From assembly GCA_963663475.2 (NCBI GenBank), contig CAXXJV010000001.1, positions 800,001 through 864,000 of the forward strand: DNA of 64,000 nt, given 5' to 3'. Source of the DNA: Candidatus Cloacimonadales bacterium (lineage in GTDB: Bacteria; Cloacimonadota; Cloacimonadia; Cloacimonadales; JAFGVF01). The notes under the pieces were generated by a model. The model had not been told where the DNA came from. It was given only the letters and a program-made list of their open reading frames with translations, and did not search any database. Below, piece by piece: positions 28,781-38,979 of this stretch (its first letter is position 1; each line of letters begins with the position of its first letter). The translations under genes were made by a program, and so were the position numbers.

Positions 28781-29194
28781 ATGGCTAAGATAGAACCACT
28801 AGATTTTAAGAGGAGAAGAGCAATTCCCACTAAATACAAAACAATTTTGGTGTTATTTTGTATAATCGGAATACTAATCCATTCTTTCTGGAACAAAAAA
28901 AGGGTAGAATCTTTGGTGATAGATCAAGACACTATTATGTTTGAAGAAATAAATACTCAATCAGTTCTAGTTAATTTCATAATAACAAATACTAGTCAAT
29001 CAGATAAATCTGAGAAAGTCAAGATACAAATTATTGATCAAGATGCAAACTTAATAACATCTACCATTAGATATTTAAACTTTAAGGTGGGAAGAAACAT
29101 TTTCACAGAGCAGATAAAGTTTAGAAGACGCTTTCCTGATATAAAAGAAAAGCAACTAAAAGCGATAATTACTATAGAACCAAGAAGATTGTGA
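28781..29194 (+). CDS. Hypothetical single-pass membrane protein
   Basis: AGGAG RBS; one TM followed by a beta-rich domain. Confidence 0.7.
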   Translation: MAKIEPLDFKRRRAIPTKYKTILVLFCIIGILIHSFWNKKRVESLVIDQDTIMFEEINTQSVLVNFIITNTSQSDKSEKVKIQIIDQDANLITSTIRYLNFKVGRNIFTEQIKFRRRFPDIKEKQLKAIITIEPRRL

Positions 29195-29354
29195 TATTAT
29201 TGATAGATATATATTAAGGTCTATTATGAGTACAAATACTAGCCTGAGTAGATAAAAAAAATATCAAATTAATGCAAAAGATATGGCCTATTATACATAT
29301 TAAGGAATATAATTTGCATTGATATAAAACTAAAAATCAAATTAAGGGAATAAA

Positions 29355-30542
29355 ATGTCATTTTTGATCTTAGCAACAATACTTTTAATAGTTTATTGGA
29401 TTGTAGAGTACTACTTACATTTGCAGAACGTTAAGAAAGTACCAATTAGAATTCATGTCAATGGAACACGTGGTAAATCTAGTGTTACTAGATTAATAGC
29501 TGCCGGTTTAAGAGCTGGTGGAATAAGAACCGTGGCTAAAACAACTGGAACTTTACCCAGAATTATTCATCCTGATGGTAAAGAAAGTGCTATCATAAGA
29601 TTAATGGGAGCTAATATTATCGAACAGAAGTATATCTTCCGTAATACAGCTTCTATGAAACCTCAAGCTATAGTTATTGAATGTATGGCTGTTAATCCTA
29701 TTTACCAATGGGTTGTAGAAAGACGATTAGTAAAAGCAACTATGGGAGTATTAACAAATGCCAGACTAGATCATACAGATTTGATGGGGGAGACAGTAGC
29801 GGATATTGCTAAGAGTTTATCTAACTTTTTCCCTCCTAAAAAAGTCTGCTATACTGCTGAAAATGACCCTAAAATATACTCTGTTTTGGAAAAACGTGCT
29901 CATAAATTTGGTACAGATATTCAGCAAATTTTGCCCCATGATGTTACTAGTGATGAATTATTAGCATTCTCTTATATTGAACATGCTGATAATGTTCAGC
30001 TAGCCCTTAAGGTTTGCCAAGCTCATGGAGTAAAAAGAGATGTTGCTCTTAAAGGAATGCAAGCAGCTATTCCAGATCCAGGTGCATTAACCCAACATAG
30101 AGTAGAAGAGGGAGATAAGACCCTTATGTTCTACAACGTTTTTGCAGCAAATGATCCAGCCTCAACCGAGTTTTTATATCATAGAATTACTGATATCATA
30201 GACCAAGGTCAGAAATTTATTATACTTAATTCACGTTCTGACAGATTCTTTAGAACAGACCAGCTTTTAGGTGTCTGTAAAAACGTAAATTTTGATTATC
30301 TCCTTCTTACAGGAGAATCTCCTCAGAGAGCCTATGACCATGCTATTGATTTAGGAATTGATAAGAATAAGGTAATCAAAATAGGTCAGCCACTAGTTCA
30401 TCAGATATACGAGAAAATAGCTTCTTTAACCAAGACAGAAGCACATATAGTAGGAATAGGTAACATAGCGGGTGAAGTTAAGTATGGAGCCCAGATAGTT
30501 GCTCATTTTAAACATTTAGAACAGAAACAAAAAAATAAATAA
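29355..30542 (+). CDS. pgsB: Poly-gamma-glutamate synthase PgsB/CapB
   Basis: RIHVNGTRGKSSVTRL, KTTG, IECMAV, DH, FAANDP. Confidence 0.95.
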   Translation: MSFLILATILLIVYWIVEYYLHLQNVKKVPIRIHVNGTRGKSSVTRLIAAGLRAGGIRTVAKTTGTLPRIIHPDGKESAIIRLMGANIIEQKYIFRNTASMKPQAIVIECMAVNPIYQWVVERRLVKATMGVLTNARLDHTDLMGETVADIAKSLSNFFPPKKVCYTAENDPKIYSVLEKRAHKFGTDIQQILPHDVTSDELLAFSYIEHADNVQLALKVCQAHGVKRDVALKGMQAAIPDPGALTQHRVEEGDKTLMFYNVFAANDPASTEFLYHRITDIIDQGQKFIILNSRSDRFFRTDQLLGVCKNVNFDYLLLTGESPQRAYDHAIDLGIDKNKVIKIGQPLVHQIYEKIASLTKTEAHIVGIGNIAGEVKYGAQIVAHFKHLEQKQKNK

Positions 30543-30560
30543 TTATATAATAAGGAGAAA

Positions 30561-31010
30561 TTGATGGTCGAAGCTGCCGTTGGTTTAGGTGTGATTGTAA
30601 GTTTAGTCTTCACAGAATTATTAGGGGCTTCAGCTGGGGGAATAGTTGTTCCTGGCTACCTAGCTCTCTATTTAGATCGTCCAGTTCAGATTATAACAAC
30701 CCTCTTAGTAGCTTTAGCTACCTGGTTGTTAATAAGATTTATATCAAGTTTTACTATCCTTTATGGTAAGAGGAGAATGGCCCTAAGTATTCTTCTTGGA
30801 TTCATCCTAGGTTGGGTAGTTTCTGGAATGCAATTAAATGTATTAAGTTTTAATGTTGAATCTGTTGGTTACATTATCCCCGGTCTTATCGCCAACTGGT
30901 TAGAAAGACAGGGTGTTGTTAAAACAATGTCTACAATGATTATAGCTGCTGTTTTAGTTAGAATAACTTTAATGGTAATTTCAGGCGGAGAGGTGAATTT
31001 CCATGTTTAG
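30561..31010 (+). CDS. pgsC: Poly-gamma-glutamate biosynthesis protein PgsC/CapC (start TTG 30561 or ATG 30564)
   Basis: GGIVVPGYLAL, LYGKRR, GYIIPGLIA. Confidence 0.95.
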   Translation: MMVEAAVGLGVIVSLVFTELLGASAGGIVVPGYLALYLDRPVQIITTLLVALATWLLIRFISSFTILYGKRRMALSILLGFILGWVVSGMQLNVLSFNVESVGYIIPGLIANWLERQGVVKTMSTMIIAAVLVRITLMVISGGEVNFHV

Positions 31011-32082
31011 ACCATCATTAAGAACAAATTTATCCTTAACATTACTAGCACTTTTTTCTATTATACTATTTGTAGTAATAGGTTTAAGTAAAGGACCTGA
31101 TTTTAAAGAACAAAGAAGTGCAGCTCAAAGAATGCAATCTTCAATTGAGAAGGTATCACTTAGGTTTAAAGAATTATTAAAAGAAGATAAGGTAAGCTGG
31201 GATAAGGCAATTGATCCAGAACAAAGTGGTTTAATCGGACCTGAGACAAGTCCAATAATCTCCTCTAGAGCAGTTTTGGCAGAGAAGCAAAGAGCTATCA
31301 ATCCCAACTTAGCTGCTGTTTTTGTTAAATGGCTTAAAGAAGCTGAATTACAGGCAGGTGATTATGTAGCTGTTGGTGTTACAGGATCAAGTCCTGCTGT
31401 TAATATTGCCTTATATTCAGCAATGAAAGAACTTGATTTAAAGCCAGTAATTATTACTGCACTTTCTTCTTCACGTTATGGTGCCTCAAATATCAACTTC
31501 ACTTGGCTAGATATGGAAAAGGTTATTTATCCTGAAACAGGATTCATGACCTATGCAGCTTCCCGCGGAGGTAATAGAGATATTGCTGCCGGAATGAATA
31601 GTGAAGGTAAGGAAGTTCTTGGAGATATCATAGATGAAAAAGGTCTTCAATTAGTTGAAGGGAATCGTGCACGTATAATAATGTTTGAAAAAGCACTTCC
31701 TAAGGGAAAAGACTATAAAGCTTTTATCAATATAGGAGCTGCTGTAGGTAATGTTGGTTCAGTTGTTAGTGCTGGCCTACTCAAAGAAGGAGTAAACAGA
31801 AAGCTTCCTGAATTAGAAGCTAAAGGTGTACTTGATTACTTTGCAGAAAAAAATATTCCAATCATTCATTTCTTTAGGGGTAATGATACTTTTGATGAAT
31901 ATTATTTATCAGAATCAAATGAAGAATCTCAAAAAATTGGTAAAGGAATTGTCTATGGCTACTCTTGGTCAGTTGCTTTAATTTGTTTAATTCTCTTACT
32001 TTTAGCAATAGCCTTGGTAATAATATTTGATAGACATGATAGACATTTTATGGCTAATATAGTTAGTCATCGAGAGGACTAA
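31003..32082 (+). CDS. pgsW: Poly-gamma-glutamate system protein (PgsW-like)
   Basis: DPEQSGLIG, NPNLAA, TGSSPA, SSRYGA, TWLDME, GGNRD, FINIG; follows pgsBC. Confidence 0.82.
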   Translation: MFRPSLRTNLSLTLLALFSIILFVVIGLSKGPDFKEQRSAAQRMQSSIEKVSLRFKELLKEDKVSWDKAIDPEQSGLIGPETSPIISSRAVLAEKQRAINPNLAAVFVKWLKEAELQAGDYVAVGVTGSSPAVNIALYSAMKELDLKPVIITALSSSRYGASNINFTWLDMEKVIYPETGFMTYAASRGGNRDIAAGMNSEGKEVLGDIIDEKGLQLVEGNRARIIMFEKALPKGKDYKAFINIGAAVGNVGSVVSAGLLKEGVNRKLPELEAKGVLDYFAEKNIPIIHFFRGNDTFDEYYLSESNEESQKIGKGIVYGYSWSVALICLILLLLAIALVIIFDRHDRHFMANIVSHRED

Positions 32083-32083
32083 A

Positions 32084-32584
32084 ATGAAAAAAATTCTTGT
32101 AGGCATAATACTTGTATTAATTTCAAACTTATTAATTGCTTCAGAGTATAGCTCACAGCACTTACCACCTTTAAATAGTGATAAGACTCTTGAAGTATAT
32201 AATAATGAAACAGAAAGGGGTAGAGAATATTACGTCTTTTGTGATACCTTAGATTTAGAATATGAAGTTGAAGCAGGATATGAAGTTTATGGCTTTGTTA
32301 GAACTATAGCAAGTGATGAAATTGAGCCTGATTTAAATATTTATTTAGACAGTACTCTCTCTATGCTACTATCAGTTCTGGTTGATAAGTCAGTAAAATA
32401 CACTTCAGATAAGTATCCTGAACTCTCAAGAGCAAAAAAAGTATATATTACTCCTCAAAAAGAGTCATGTAAAATTAGATTAACTACTTCAAGCAAAAAT
32501 CCTTTAATGATAAGAATGTATAAAAAGAAAGCAACTCTGCTAAATAAAAATGAAAGTCAAAGAAGTCAGGATTTGAGAATATGA
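32084..32584 (+). CDS. Exported hypothetical protein
   Basis: GAGGA RBS, signal peptide, coupled to both neighbours. Confidence 0.7.
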   Translation: MKKILVGIILVLISNLLIASEYSSQHLPPLNSDKTLEVYNNETERGREYYVFCDTLDLEYEVEAGYEVYGFVRTIASDEIEPDLNIYLDSTLSMLLSVLVDKSVKYTSDKYPELSRAKKVYITPQKESCKIRLTTSSKNPLMIRMYKKKATLLNKNESQRSQDLRI

Positions 32585-33576
32585 AAAAAGTACTAATTGT
32601 TGGAGTTTTATTACTAAGTTTAACTATTGCTCTTGCCGAGATATCAATGACTTTCACTAATGAGGTCTCTTATAGTGATAATGTTTTTCAACTTTCAGAT
32701 GATGATTTAGACCAGCATGATGCAGGACAAGACTTTGATTACATAGAAACTAGTGATGATTTAATCAATAAGGCTAAACTTAGTATTTACAGTAGAAATC
32801 AAGTGGGAAAAGTTAGATATGACTTTTATGTAAGAGGGACTTATGATCAATATTTAAAGAATAATGATAAGTCAAAACCTTCTATATCTACTGGTTTTGG
32901 ACTTAATACTAGGTCTTTTGATACATCAATCATGTATGGCTATTATCCTGGAAATTATGTAAGAAAGTATAAAGATAAAGATGGTACTCAAAACTATGAG
33001 AAATTTGAGTACGATAAGAATTTATATAAGCTTGATGCTGAATACAGATTTACTAGAAAAGCCTATCTTCTTGCTTACCTTAAATTTGAACAGTATCATC
33101 ATAATGAATACTTCACTGAATATGATGGTGATGCTATTACTCCTGGTATTGGACTTAAGTATTCTTTCTCAGAATTATATTTAGAAGGTTGGTATTATTA
33201 TCGAGTTTATGAAACTCATGATGAAATCCTTCCTGATGATGAAATCTCAGATCAGTCTTATGAAAGTAATATCTATAGTGCTAGTATCAGAATGAAGAAA
33301 ATCAAGGGAAAAAACTTTGATTATCGCCCTGTTTTTGATTTTGAGTACGAAAAAAGATATTATGATGGCTGGGATAAATATCATAATGGTAGAGAAGATG
33401 ATACTATTACTATCAATCCTTGGATTAAAGTCTATTTAACAGACTATTTGAATATTACACTTGACTATACTTCAAAAATAAGGAATGTGTCATCAGAGAG
33501 TCAAAGTGTGGAAGATAGCAAAACATATCAAGAAAATGAAATGTCTATCACCTTTGAGGTCCCGATAAAATTTTAA
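32581..33576 (+). CDS. Putative outer-membrane beta-barrel protein
   Basis: Signal peptide, YSDNVF start motif, Tyr-rich alternating strands, C-terminal Phe. Confidence 0.72.
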   Translation: MKKVLIVGVLLLSLTIALAEISMTFTNEVSYSDNVFQLSDDDLDQHDAGQDFDYIETSDDLINKAKLSIYSRNQVGKVRYDFYVRGTYDQYLKNNDKSKPSISTGFGLNTRSFDTSIMYGYYPGNYVRKYKDKDGTQNYEKFEYDKNLYKLDAEYRFTRKAYLLAYLKFEQYHHNEYFTEYDGDAITPGIGLKYSFSELYLEGWYYYRVYETHDEILPDDEISDQSYESNIYSASIRMKKIKGKNFDYRPVFDFEYEKRYYDGWDKYHNGREDDTITINPWIKVYLTDYLNITLDYTSKIRNVSSESQSVEDSKTYQENEMSITFEVPIKF

Positions 33577-33591
33577 TCTGAGGTGTGTATT

Positions 33592-33867
33592 ATGTTTAAG
33601 AGTGAGTCAAGAAAAGAGAAAATTAAAGAGTTTCTCTATCTAATAGAAAACGAAAAAATTGATTTACGACGTTTCACTCGTCCTGTACTAGTATGGATTA
33701 TTAAAGATCAAAGAGTATGTTATACAGTTTGGGAAGAGGATTTACTCAATAGATTCGGACTAGAAAATGTTGATGGCTGGGATTATGATGAAGATATATC
33801 TTTTGCTCCTGATTGGGTGTTAGATGATGATGATTTGTTATTTGATGATGACGATGATGATTTTTAA
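33592..33867 (+). CDS. Small hypothetical protein with an acidic tail
   Basis: GAGG RBS; ends DDDDLLFDDDDDDF. Confidence 0.65.
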   Translation: MFKSESRKEKIKEFLYLIENEKIDLRRFTRPVLVWIIKDQRVCYTVWEEDLLNRFGLENVDGWDYDEDISFAPDWVLDDDDLLFDDDDDDF

Positions 33868-33893
33868 AAAACAATAAGTAAAGTATTATATAG

Positions 33894-33922
33894 CAAGAGT
33901 GTTTTAAAACACTCTTGTTTTT
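33894..33922 (+). terminator. Terminator-like hairpin
   Basis: CAAGAGTGTTT-TA-AAACACTCTTG-TTTTT. Confidence 0.7.
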
Positions 33923-33944
33923 TATCTGAAAATGAGGAAAATTT

Positions 33945-34955
33945 ATGAATATTGCAATAATTGGTGGTGGATCATGGGGCTTAGCCTTAGCTAATCTTCT
34001 CCATGATAACGATAACATAGTTAAGGTTTGGGAATATAATAAAGACTATGTTGAGATGATTAAAATTAGTGGAAGAAATGATATTTTCTTACCTGATATT
34101 GATATCCAAGTAGAAGTTACTAGTAGCCTAGACCAAGTCATTCTACCAGAAACTGAAATGCTGATTCTCGCAACTCCATCTTCTTTCTTAAAGCAAGTTA
34201 TTCAAGAAACAAAACCCTTTATAGCAAAACTAAATAATTTAAAATACATAATCAATGTAGCTAAAGGTTTTGACCACTCAAATGGGGATATTCTCTCCCA
34301 AATGATTAAGAAAGAACTACCTGAAAAATTTACTAAGTTAATTTGCGTCCTTTCTGGGCCTAGTCATGCTGAAGAAGTTGCTAGAAAAAAACCAACTACT
34401 GTAACTATAGCTGGGGAAAACCTAGATTACCTGAAATCAGCCCAATTAGCCTTTAGTAACGACTACTTTAGAGTCTATTCTACTACCGATATAATCGGAG
34501 TTGAACTTGGTGGAGCTCTAAAAAATGTCATTGCTTTAGCTGCTGGTATTGTAGTAGGACTTGGCCTAGGAGATAATACCTTAGGAGCCTTGCTTACTAG
34601 AGGAAATGTTGAAATTAAAAGATTAGCTGTGGCCATGGGTGCAAAACCTGAAACCTTAGACGGATTAGCTGGAATGGGAGACTTGATAACAACGGCTATT
34701 TCTCCTCACAGTAGAAATAGGTTTGTAGGGGTTGAACTTGGGAAAGGCAGAAAGCTTAAGGATATTTTAGCTAATATGAAGATGGTTGCCGAAGGAGTCT
34801 TAGCTACCAATACTACATACCTTCTAGCTGAAAGATATCAGATTAATATGCCTATTGTAGAAGCAACTTATAAGATTCTCCACAATGAAATATCTGCCAA
34901 GGATGCTATTAAAGAACTGATGGTGAGAAAACTTAAGAGCGAAAAGTGGATGTAG
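33945..34955 (+). CDS. gpsA: NAD(P)H-dependent glycerol-3-phosphate dehydrogenase
   Basis: IGGGSWG, LSGPSHAEEV, GGALKNVIA, GDLITT, SRNR. Confidence 0.97.
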   Translation: MNIAIIGGGSWGLALANLLHDNDNIVKVWEYNKDYVEMIKISGRNDIFLPDIDIQVEVTSSLDQVILPETEMLILATPSSFLKQVIQETKPFIAKLNNLKYIINVAKGFDHSNGDILSQMIKKELPEKFTKLICVLSGPSHAEEVARKKPTTVTIAGENLDYLKSAQLAFSNDYFRVYSTTDIIGVELGGALKNVIALAAGIVVGLGLGDNTLGALLTRGNVEIKRLAVAMGAKPETLDGLAGMGDLITTAISPHSRNRFVGVELGKGRKLKDILANMKMVAEGVLATNTTYLLAERYQINMPIVEATYKILHNEISAKDAIKELMVRKLKSEKWM

Positions 34956-34973
34956 AAGATAAAAGCCTTTAAA

Positions 34974-35050
34974 AAAATAGGGCAATAGACTTTTGGGAAT
35001 AGATCAATCTGCACCCTTCTCATAAATTCTACTCTATTGCTTGAATTTAA
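34974..35050. repeat. Degenerate family A copy
   Basis: GCAATAGACTTTTGGGAATAG...AATCTGCACCCTTCTCATAAATTCTACT resembles both arms of family A. Confidence 0.55.
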
Positions 35051-35080
35051 CTACTGATCTTGCTCAAAGAAGGAAAAGGA

Positions 35081-36364
35081 ATGAATAAAAAGAATCAAAA
35101 AGAAGTTTCAATTGCTGATATATATTTCCCAAAATCTAAAAGAAATGTTGTGAGTATGAATAGCACAGGACAAGCAGCATTATCTTACTATATTAACAAT
35201 AATAGGTCTGCAATTGATGAGAAATTTAGAGTTGAGGCTATAAAGTATTATAAGGCAATTATTGAAAATCAACAACCTGATGAAGAAATTTCCGATGAAA
35301 TGGCTGAAAATGCTCTGCAATATTTAATAAAAGATTTTAAACCACTTATACCTTTTCCTGAGCCCTTAAATCCAAAATTTACCTTTATTGATTTGTTTGC
35401 AGGAATAGGAGGTTTTAGATTAGCAATGCAAAAATTAGCTGGTAAATGTGTATTTACTAGTGAATGGGATGAACAAGCCAAAAAAACCTATGCCACTAAT
35501 TTCGGAGATATCCCTTTTGGAGACATCACTAAAAACGAGACTAAGCGATTTATACCTGATGAGTTTGATCTTTTATGTGCAGGTTTTCCATGTCAAGCAT
35601 TCTCAATAGCAGGAAAACGAGGTGGCTTTGATGATACAAGAGGAACCTTATTTTTTGAAGTTGCAAAAATTATAAGTGAGAAAAAACCTAAAGCAATATT
35701 TTTGGAAAATGTTAAAGGGCTTGTGAATCATGATAGAGGAAAAACACTTAAAACAATTTTAAGGGTATTAAGGGAAGATTTGGATTATTTCGTACCTGAG
35801 CCAAAAATATTAAATGCTAAAGATTATGGCTTACCTCAAAATAGAGAGAGAATATATATTGTTGGATTTAGAAAGGACTTAGGCATAGAAAACTTTACTT
35901 ATCCAGAAGCTCTAAATCAGAAAGTAACAATAGAAGACATTAAAGAAGAAAAAACGGTTTCTGTTAAATACTATTTGTCAGATACCTATCTAAATACTCT
36001 TATTAAGCATAAGTTGAGGCATCAAAGTAAAGGAAATGGATTTGGATATGAGATAATTTCAGATGATAGTATAGCAAATGCTATAGTATGTGGAGGCATG
36101 GGAAGAGAGAGAAATTTAATAATTGACAATAGATTAACAGATTTTACGCCTGTAACAAGAATAAAAGGTAAGGTAAATAGAAAGGGGATAAGAAAGATGA
36201 CACCTAGGGAGTGGGCAAGACTTCAAGGCTTTCCAGATGAGTTCCTGATACCTGTTGCAGATTCGTCAGCATATAAGCAGTTTGGGAATTCTGTAGCTGT
36301 TCCAGTGATATTCAATACTGGAAAAGAGATTATAAAAAGGATAACAATGTATGTTAAAGGGTAA
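35081..36364 (+). CDS. C5-cytosine DNA methyltransferase, M.HpaII-like (likely CCGG)
   Basis: DLFAGIGG, GFPCQ, ENV, PQNRER, GGMGRERNL...RKMTPREWARLQGF, GNSV. Confidence 0.93.
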   Translation: MNKKNQKEVSIADIYFPKSKRNVVSMNSTGQAALSYYINNNRSAIDEKFRVEAIKYYKAIIENQQPDEEISDEMAENALQYLIKDFKPLIPFPEPLNPKFTFIDLFAGIGGFRLAMQKLAGKCVFTSEWDEQAKKTYATNFGDIPFGDITKNETKRFIPDEFDLLCAGFPCQAFSIAGKRGGFDDTRGTLFFEVAKIISEKKPKAIFLENVKGLVNHDRGKTLKTILRVLREDLDYFVPEPKILNAKDYGLPQNRERIYIVGFRKDLGIENFTYPEALNQKVTIEDIKEEKTVSVKYYLSDTYLNTLIKHKLRHQSKGNGFGYEIISDDSIANAIVCGGMGRERNLIIDNRLTDFTPVTRIKGKVNRKGIRKMTPREWARLQGFPDEFLIPVADSSAYKQFGNSVAVPVIFNTGKEIIKRITMYVKG

Positions 36365-37430
36365 TAGAGGTGAATGGAGTGAGCTATACACTTTATTCAA
36401 GATTATCTCTGATAGAAAACTATATGCTGGAGATAAGAACTTAAACAAAATAAGCAACCTTATCTACCCAATTATTAAAATTCTCAGAGAAGAATCAAAT
36501 GGGACTTATGATTATTCATTAGCTAGTGAAATAGTATTAATAACTGGCAATGATATTGATGTTAAGATACCAATTAATAAGTTTGAAGAAAATGCTAAGC
36601 TTCTTCTAGAAAGATTGTTATGTTCAACAAAAGGAGTATTTGAAGTACCAGAAATCGAGGATTTTCTAAAGATGTTTAATTGTAGTTCATTAAAAGCAAA
36701 ATCCAACAAGAAAAATGATATTAGGATTGTTATTCATGACCTTAGAACATCTTCTACAAAAGAACTAGGCTTTAGTATAAAATCTCAATTAGGATCTGCT
36801 TCAACATTATTAAATTCAAGTCAATCAACCAATTTTATATTTAAGATAAAGGGCAATGTATTATCAAATTCACAGATACAAGAGATAAACAATCTAAAAA
36901 CAAGAAGTAAAATCAAAGATAGAATAAAAGCAATATTGGATTTAGGAAATAAATTAGAATTTGATAGATGTGAATCAAGTATCTTTAGTAATAATTTAAC
37001 ATTAATTGATAGCTATTTAGCCAAAATTATTGGAGAAATGTTATTAACATACTTTTCCAGCAATTATTCTACTATCCCTGATTTAGTTAAAAGTATTTCA
37101 CAAGCAAACCCTTTAAACTATGATTTAAATTTTCACCACCCTTTCTATGAATATAAAATTAAACGGTTTCTAACTGATATATCTTTAGGCATGATGCCTT
37201 CAAAAGTATGGAATGGTTGCTTTGAAACGACTGGTGGATTCCTGGTAGTAAAAACAGATGGAGAAGTTTTATGCTATCATATATATAATAGAAATGAGTT
37301 TGAAGATTATTTACTAAACAACACTAAATTCGAAACTTCATCAAGCTCAAGACACAAATATGGTGAAATATTTTTGGATAATGGGAACTCATACTTTAAG
37401 TTGAATTTACAAATTAGGTTTATATTTTAA
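36351..37430 (+). CDS. Type II restriction endonuclease, HpaII family
   Basis: GNRGEWSE, DI...LGFSIKS, LGMMPS, LNLQIRF; overlaps the MTase stop. Confidence 0.85.
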   Translation: MLKGNRGEWSELYTLFKIISDRKLYAGDKNLNKISNLIYPIIKILREESNGTYDYSLASEIVLITGNDIDVKIPINKFEENAKLLLERLLCSTKGVFEVPEIEDFLKMFNCSSLKAKSNKKNDIRIVIHDLRTSSTKELGFSIKSQLGSASTLLNSSQSTNFIFKIKGNVLSNSQIQEINNLKTRSKIKDRIKAILDLGNKLEFDRCESSIFSNNLTLIDSYLAKIIGEMLLTYFSSNYSTIPDLVKSISQANPLNYDLNFHHPFYEYKIKRFLTDISLGMMPSKVWNGCFETTGGFLVVKTDGEVLCYHIYNRNEFEDYLLNNTKFETSSSSRHKYGEIFLDNGNSYFKLNLQIRFIF

Positions 37431-37599
37431 TCTTTTACCAAACTCGGATTGGGATGTCATAAGTAAATTATATCCTGGGCTTGAATCTTGTGATTAAATA
37501 TATAGAAGAACTAGTCTCTAGTAACTATTAGAATTTGTTTAATTATTAGCTTATCTGATTAGTGAAAAGGCCCTCATCTTTCCTTATCCATCATTTACT

Positions 37600-37656
37600 C
37601 TTCCTTTACAGTCTTTCGATGAAAGTCCGACTTTCATCGAAAGACTGTAAAGGAAG
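37600..37656. repeat. Perfect palindrome, family B copy 2 (28-bp arms, 1-nt centre)
   Basis: CTTCCTTTACAGTCTTTCGATGAAAGTC-C-GACTTTCATCGAAAGACTGTAAAGGAAG. Confidence 0.95.
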
Positions 37657-37765
37657 GAATAAGCATGCTAAGAGAGACAGAAGATTATTTTCTCCAGAAT
37701 CCTGTCACATGAATTCAGGTTTTACTTTGGGTAAAAGTAAAAAAAACACTTTTTCGATTTATCCT

Positions 37766-37793
37766 TTGACAAAATTAGCTTGCATAATAAACT
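37766..37793 (+). promoter_or_regulatory. Putative sigma70 promoter of the wecA-comEC run
   Basis: TTGACA-16 nt-TAAACT. Confidence 0.5.
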
Positions 37794-37820
37794 TTTACCA
37801 AACGTTTAAAAAGGATAATC

Positions 37821-38978
37821 ATGATCAGTCATAACATAGTTACAGAGTATATATCAGTATTTATTTTAGCTTTTGTATTTGTGTACAGTATAACACCTTG
37901 GATAATAAAATTAGCTCATAAAATTAATTTTGTAGATAATCCAAATGCCCGTAAAATACATAAAACAGCTATCCCTTTGATGGGGGGAATTAGTGTTGTT
38001 ATTGGATTTATATCATTAGTTATGTATGATGTGATAATTGTATCTAATAGATATTTTAATATGCGGTTAATAGGTTATCTTTTAGGGGTTGTTATCATAG
38101 TGTTAGTTGGTTTGATTGATGACAAGCGAGGAATGAATCCTATTGTAAAGATGGGAGGACAGTTTTTAGCCTGTTCTTCATTTATTCTAACAAATTTTGG
38201 AACATTAGTCTGGGTTAACCTACCATTTGGTAATGAATTATCCTTTCCTATTATTCTTTTAACTAATGATATAATGTTTAACAACTTTTTTTCTGTCCCA
38301 CTTCTCTATTTATGGATGATAGGCTTAATGAATGCTACTAACTTTTTAGATAATATGGATGGGATGATTACAGGAATTTCAGCAATTATAGCTTTGGGTT
38401 TCTTTGCTTTTAGTATGATTATAAATCCTGATAATTCAAGTTCAGCCTTGTGGTTAAGTCTGATGGGCTTACTCTCTTTATCTTATGCTGGTTCAGTTTT
38501 AGGTTTTCTTCCCTATAATTTCAATCCTGCCAAGATATTTTTGGGAGATGCAGGATCTATGTTCATAGGTTATTTCCTCTCTTCTATGGGAATATTGATG
38601 GCCAATTTTGCTTCCTTGCAGTTCCAGAGTAAGTGGTTTTATCTTCTACCAGTAATTTTAATTTCATATGCTATCTTTGATATCTGTTTTGTTTCTATTA
38701 CTAGAAAGAAGGATGGAAGATTGATTTGGCAGGGAGGTAAAGATCATACTACCCATAGAATAAAAAATATGTTTCAGTCTGTAAAAGTTACAGCTTTACT
38801 CATTTATGCAATAAATATCATAATTGTTATTCTTACCATTATGGTAACAATAATAGGTTCTTATGTATTATTACTAGGTATTTTACTAATCTGTCTTATT
38901 GGTTATATTCTTTTAGGAAGAAGATTATATGCAGTCGCAGTAGAGATACCAGCTAATCAGCTCAAGAAAAAGGTATAA
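37821..38978 (+). CDS. wecA: Undecaprenyl-phosphate GlcNAc-1-phosphate transferase (WecA/TagO, MraY family)
   Basis: VDNPNARKIH, GLIDD, NFLDNMDG, NFNPAKIFLGDAGS, DHTTHR. Confidence 0.88.
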   Translation: MISHNIVTEYISVFILAFVFVYSITPWIIKLAHKINFVDNPNARKIHKTAIPLMGGISVVIGFISLVMYDVIIVSNRYFNMRLIGYLLGVVIIVLVGLIDDKRGMNPIVKMGGQFLACSSFILTNFGTLVWVNLPFGNELSFPIILLTNDIMFNNFFSVPLLYLWMIGLMNATNFLDNMDGMITGISAIIALGFFAFSMIINPDNSSSALWLSLMGLLSLSYAGSVLGFLPYNFNPAKIFLGDAGSMFIGYFLSSMGILMANFASLQFQSKWFYLLPVILISYAIFDICFVSITRKKDGRLIWQGGKDHTTHRIKNMFQSVKVTALLIYAINIIIVILTIMVTIIGSYVLLLGILLICLIGYILLGRRLYAVAVEIPANQLKKKV

Positions 38979-38979
38979 T

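Noticed and set aside
37600-37656. Protelomerase (telRL-like) target
   Set aside because: Multiple internal copies and no protelomerase gene in the window
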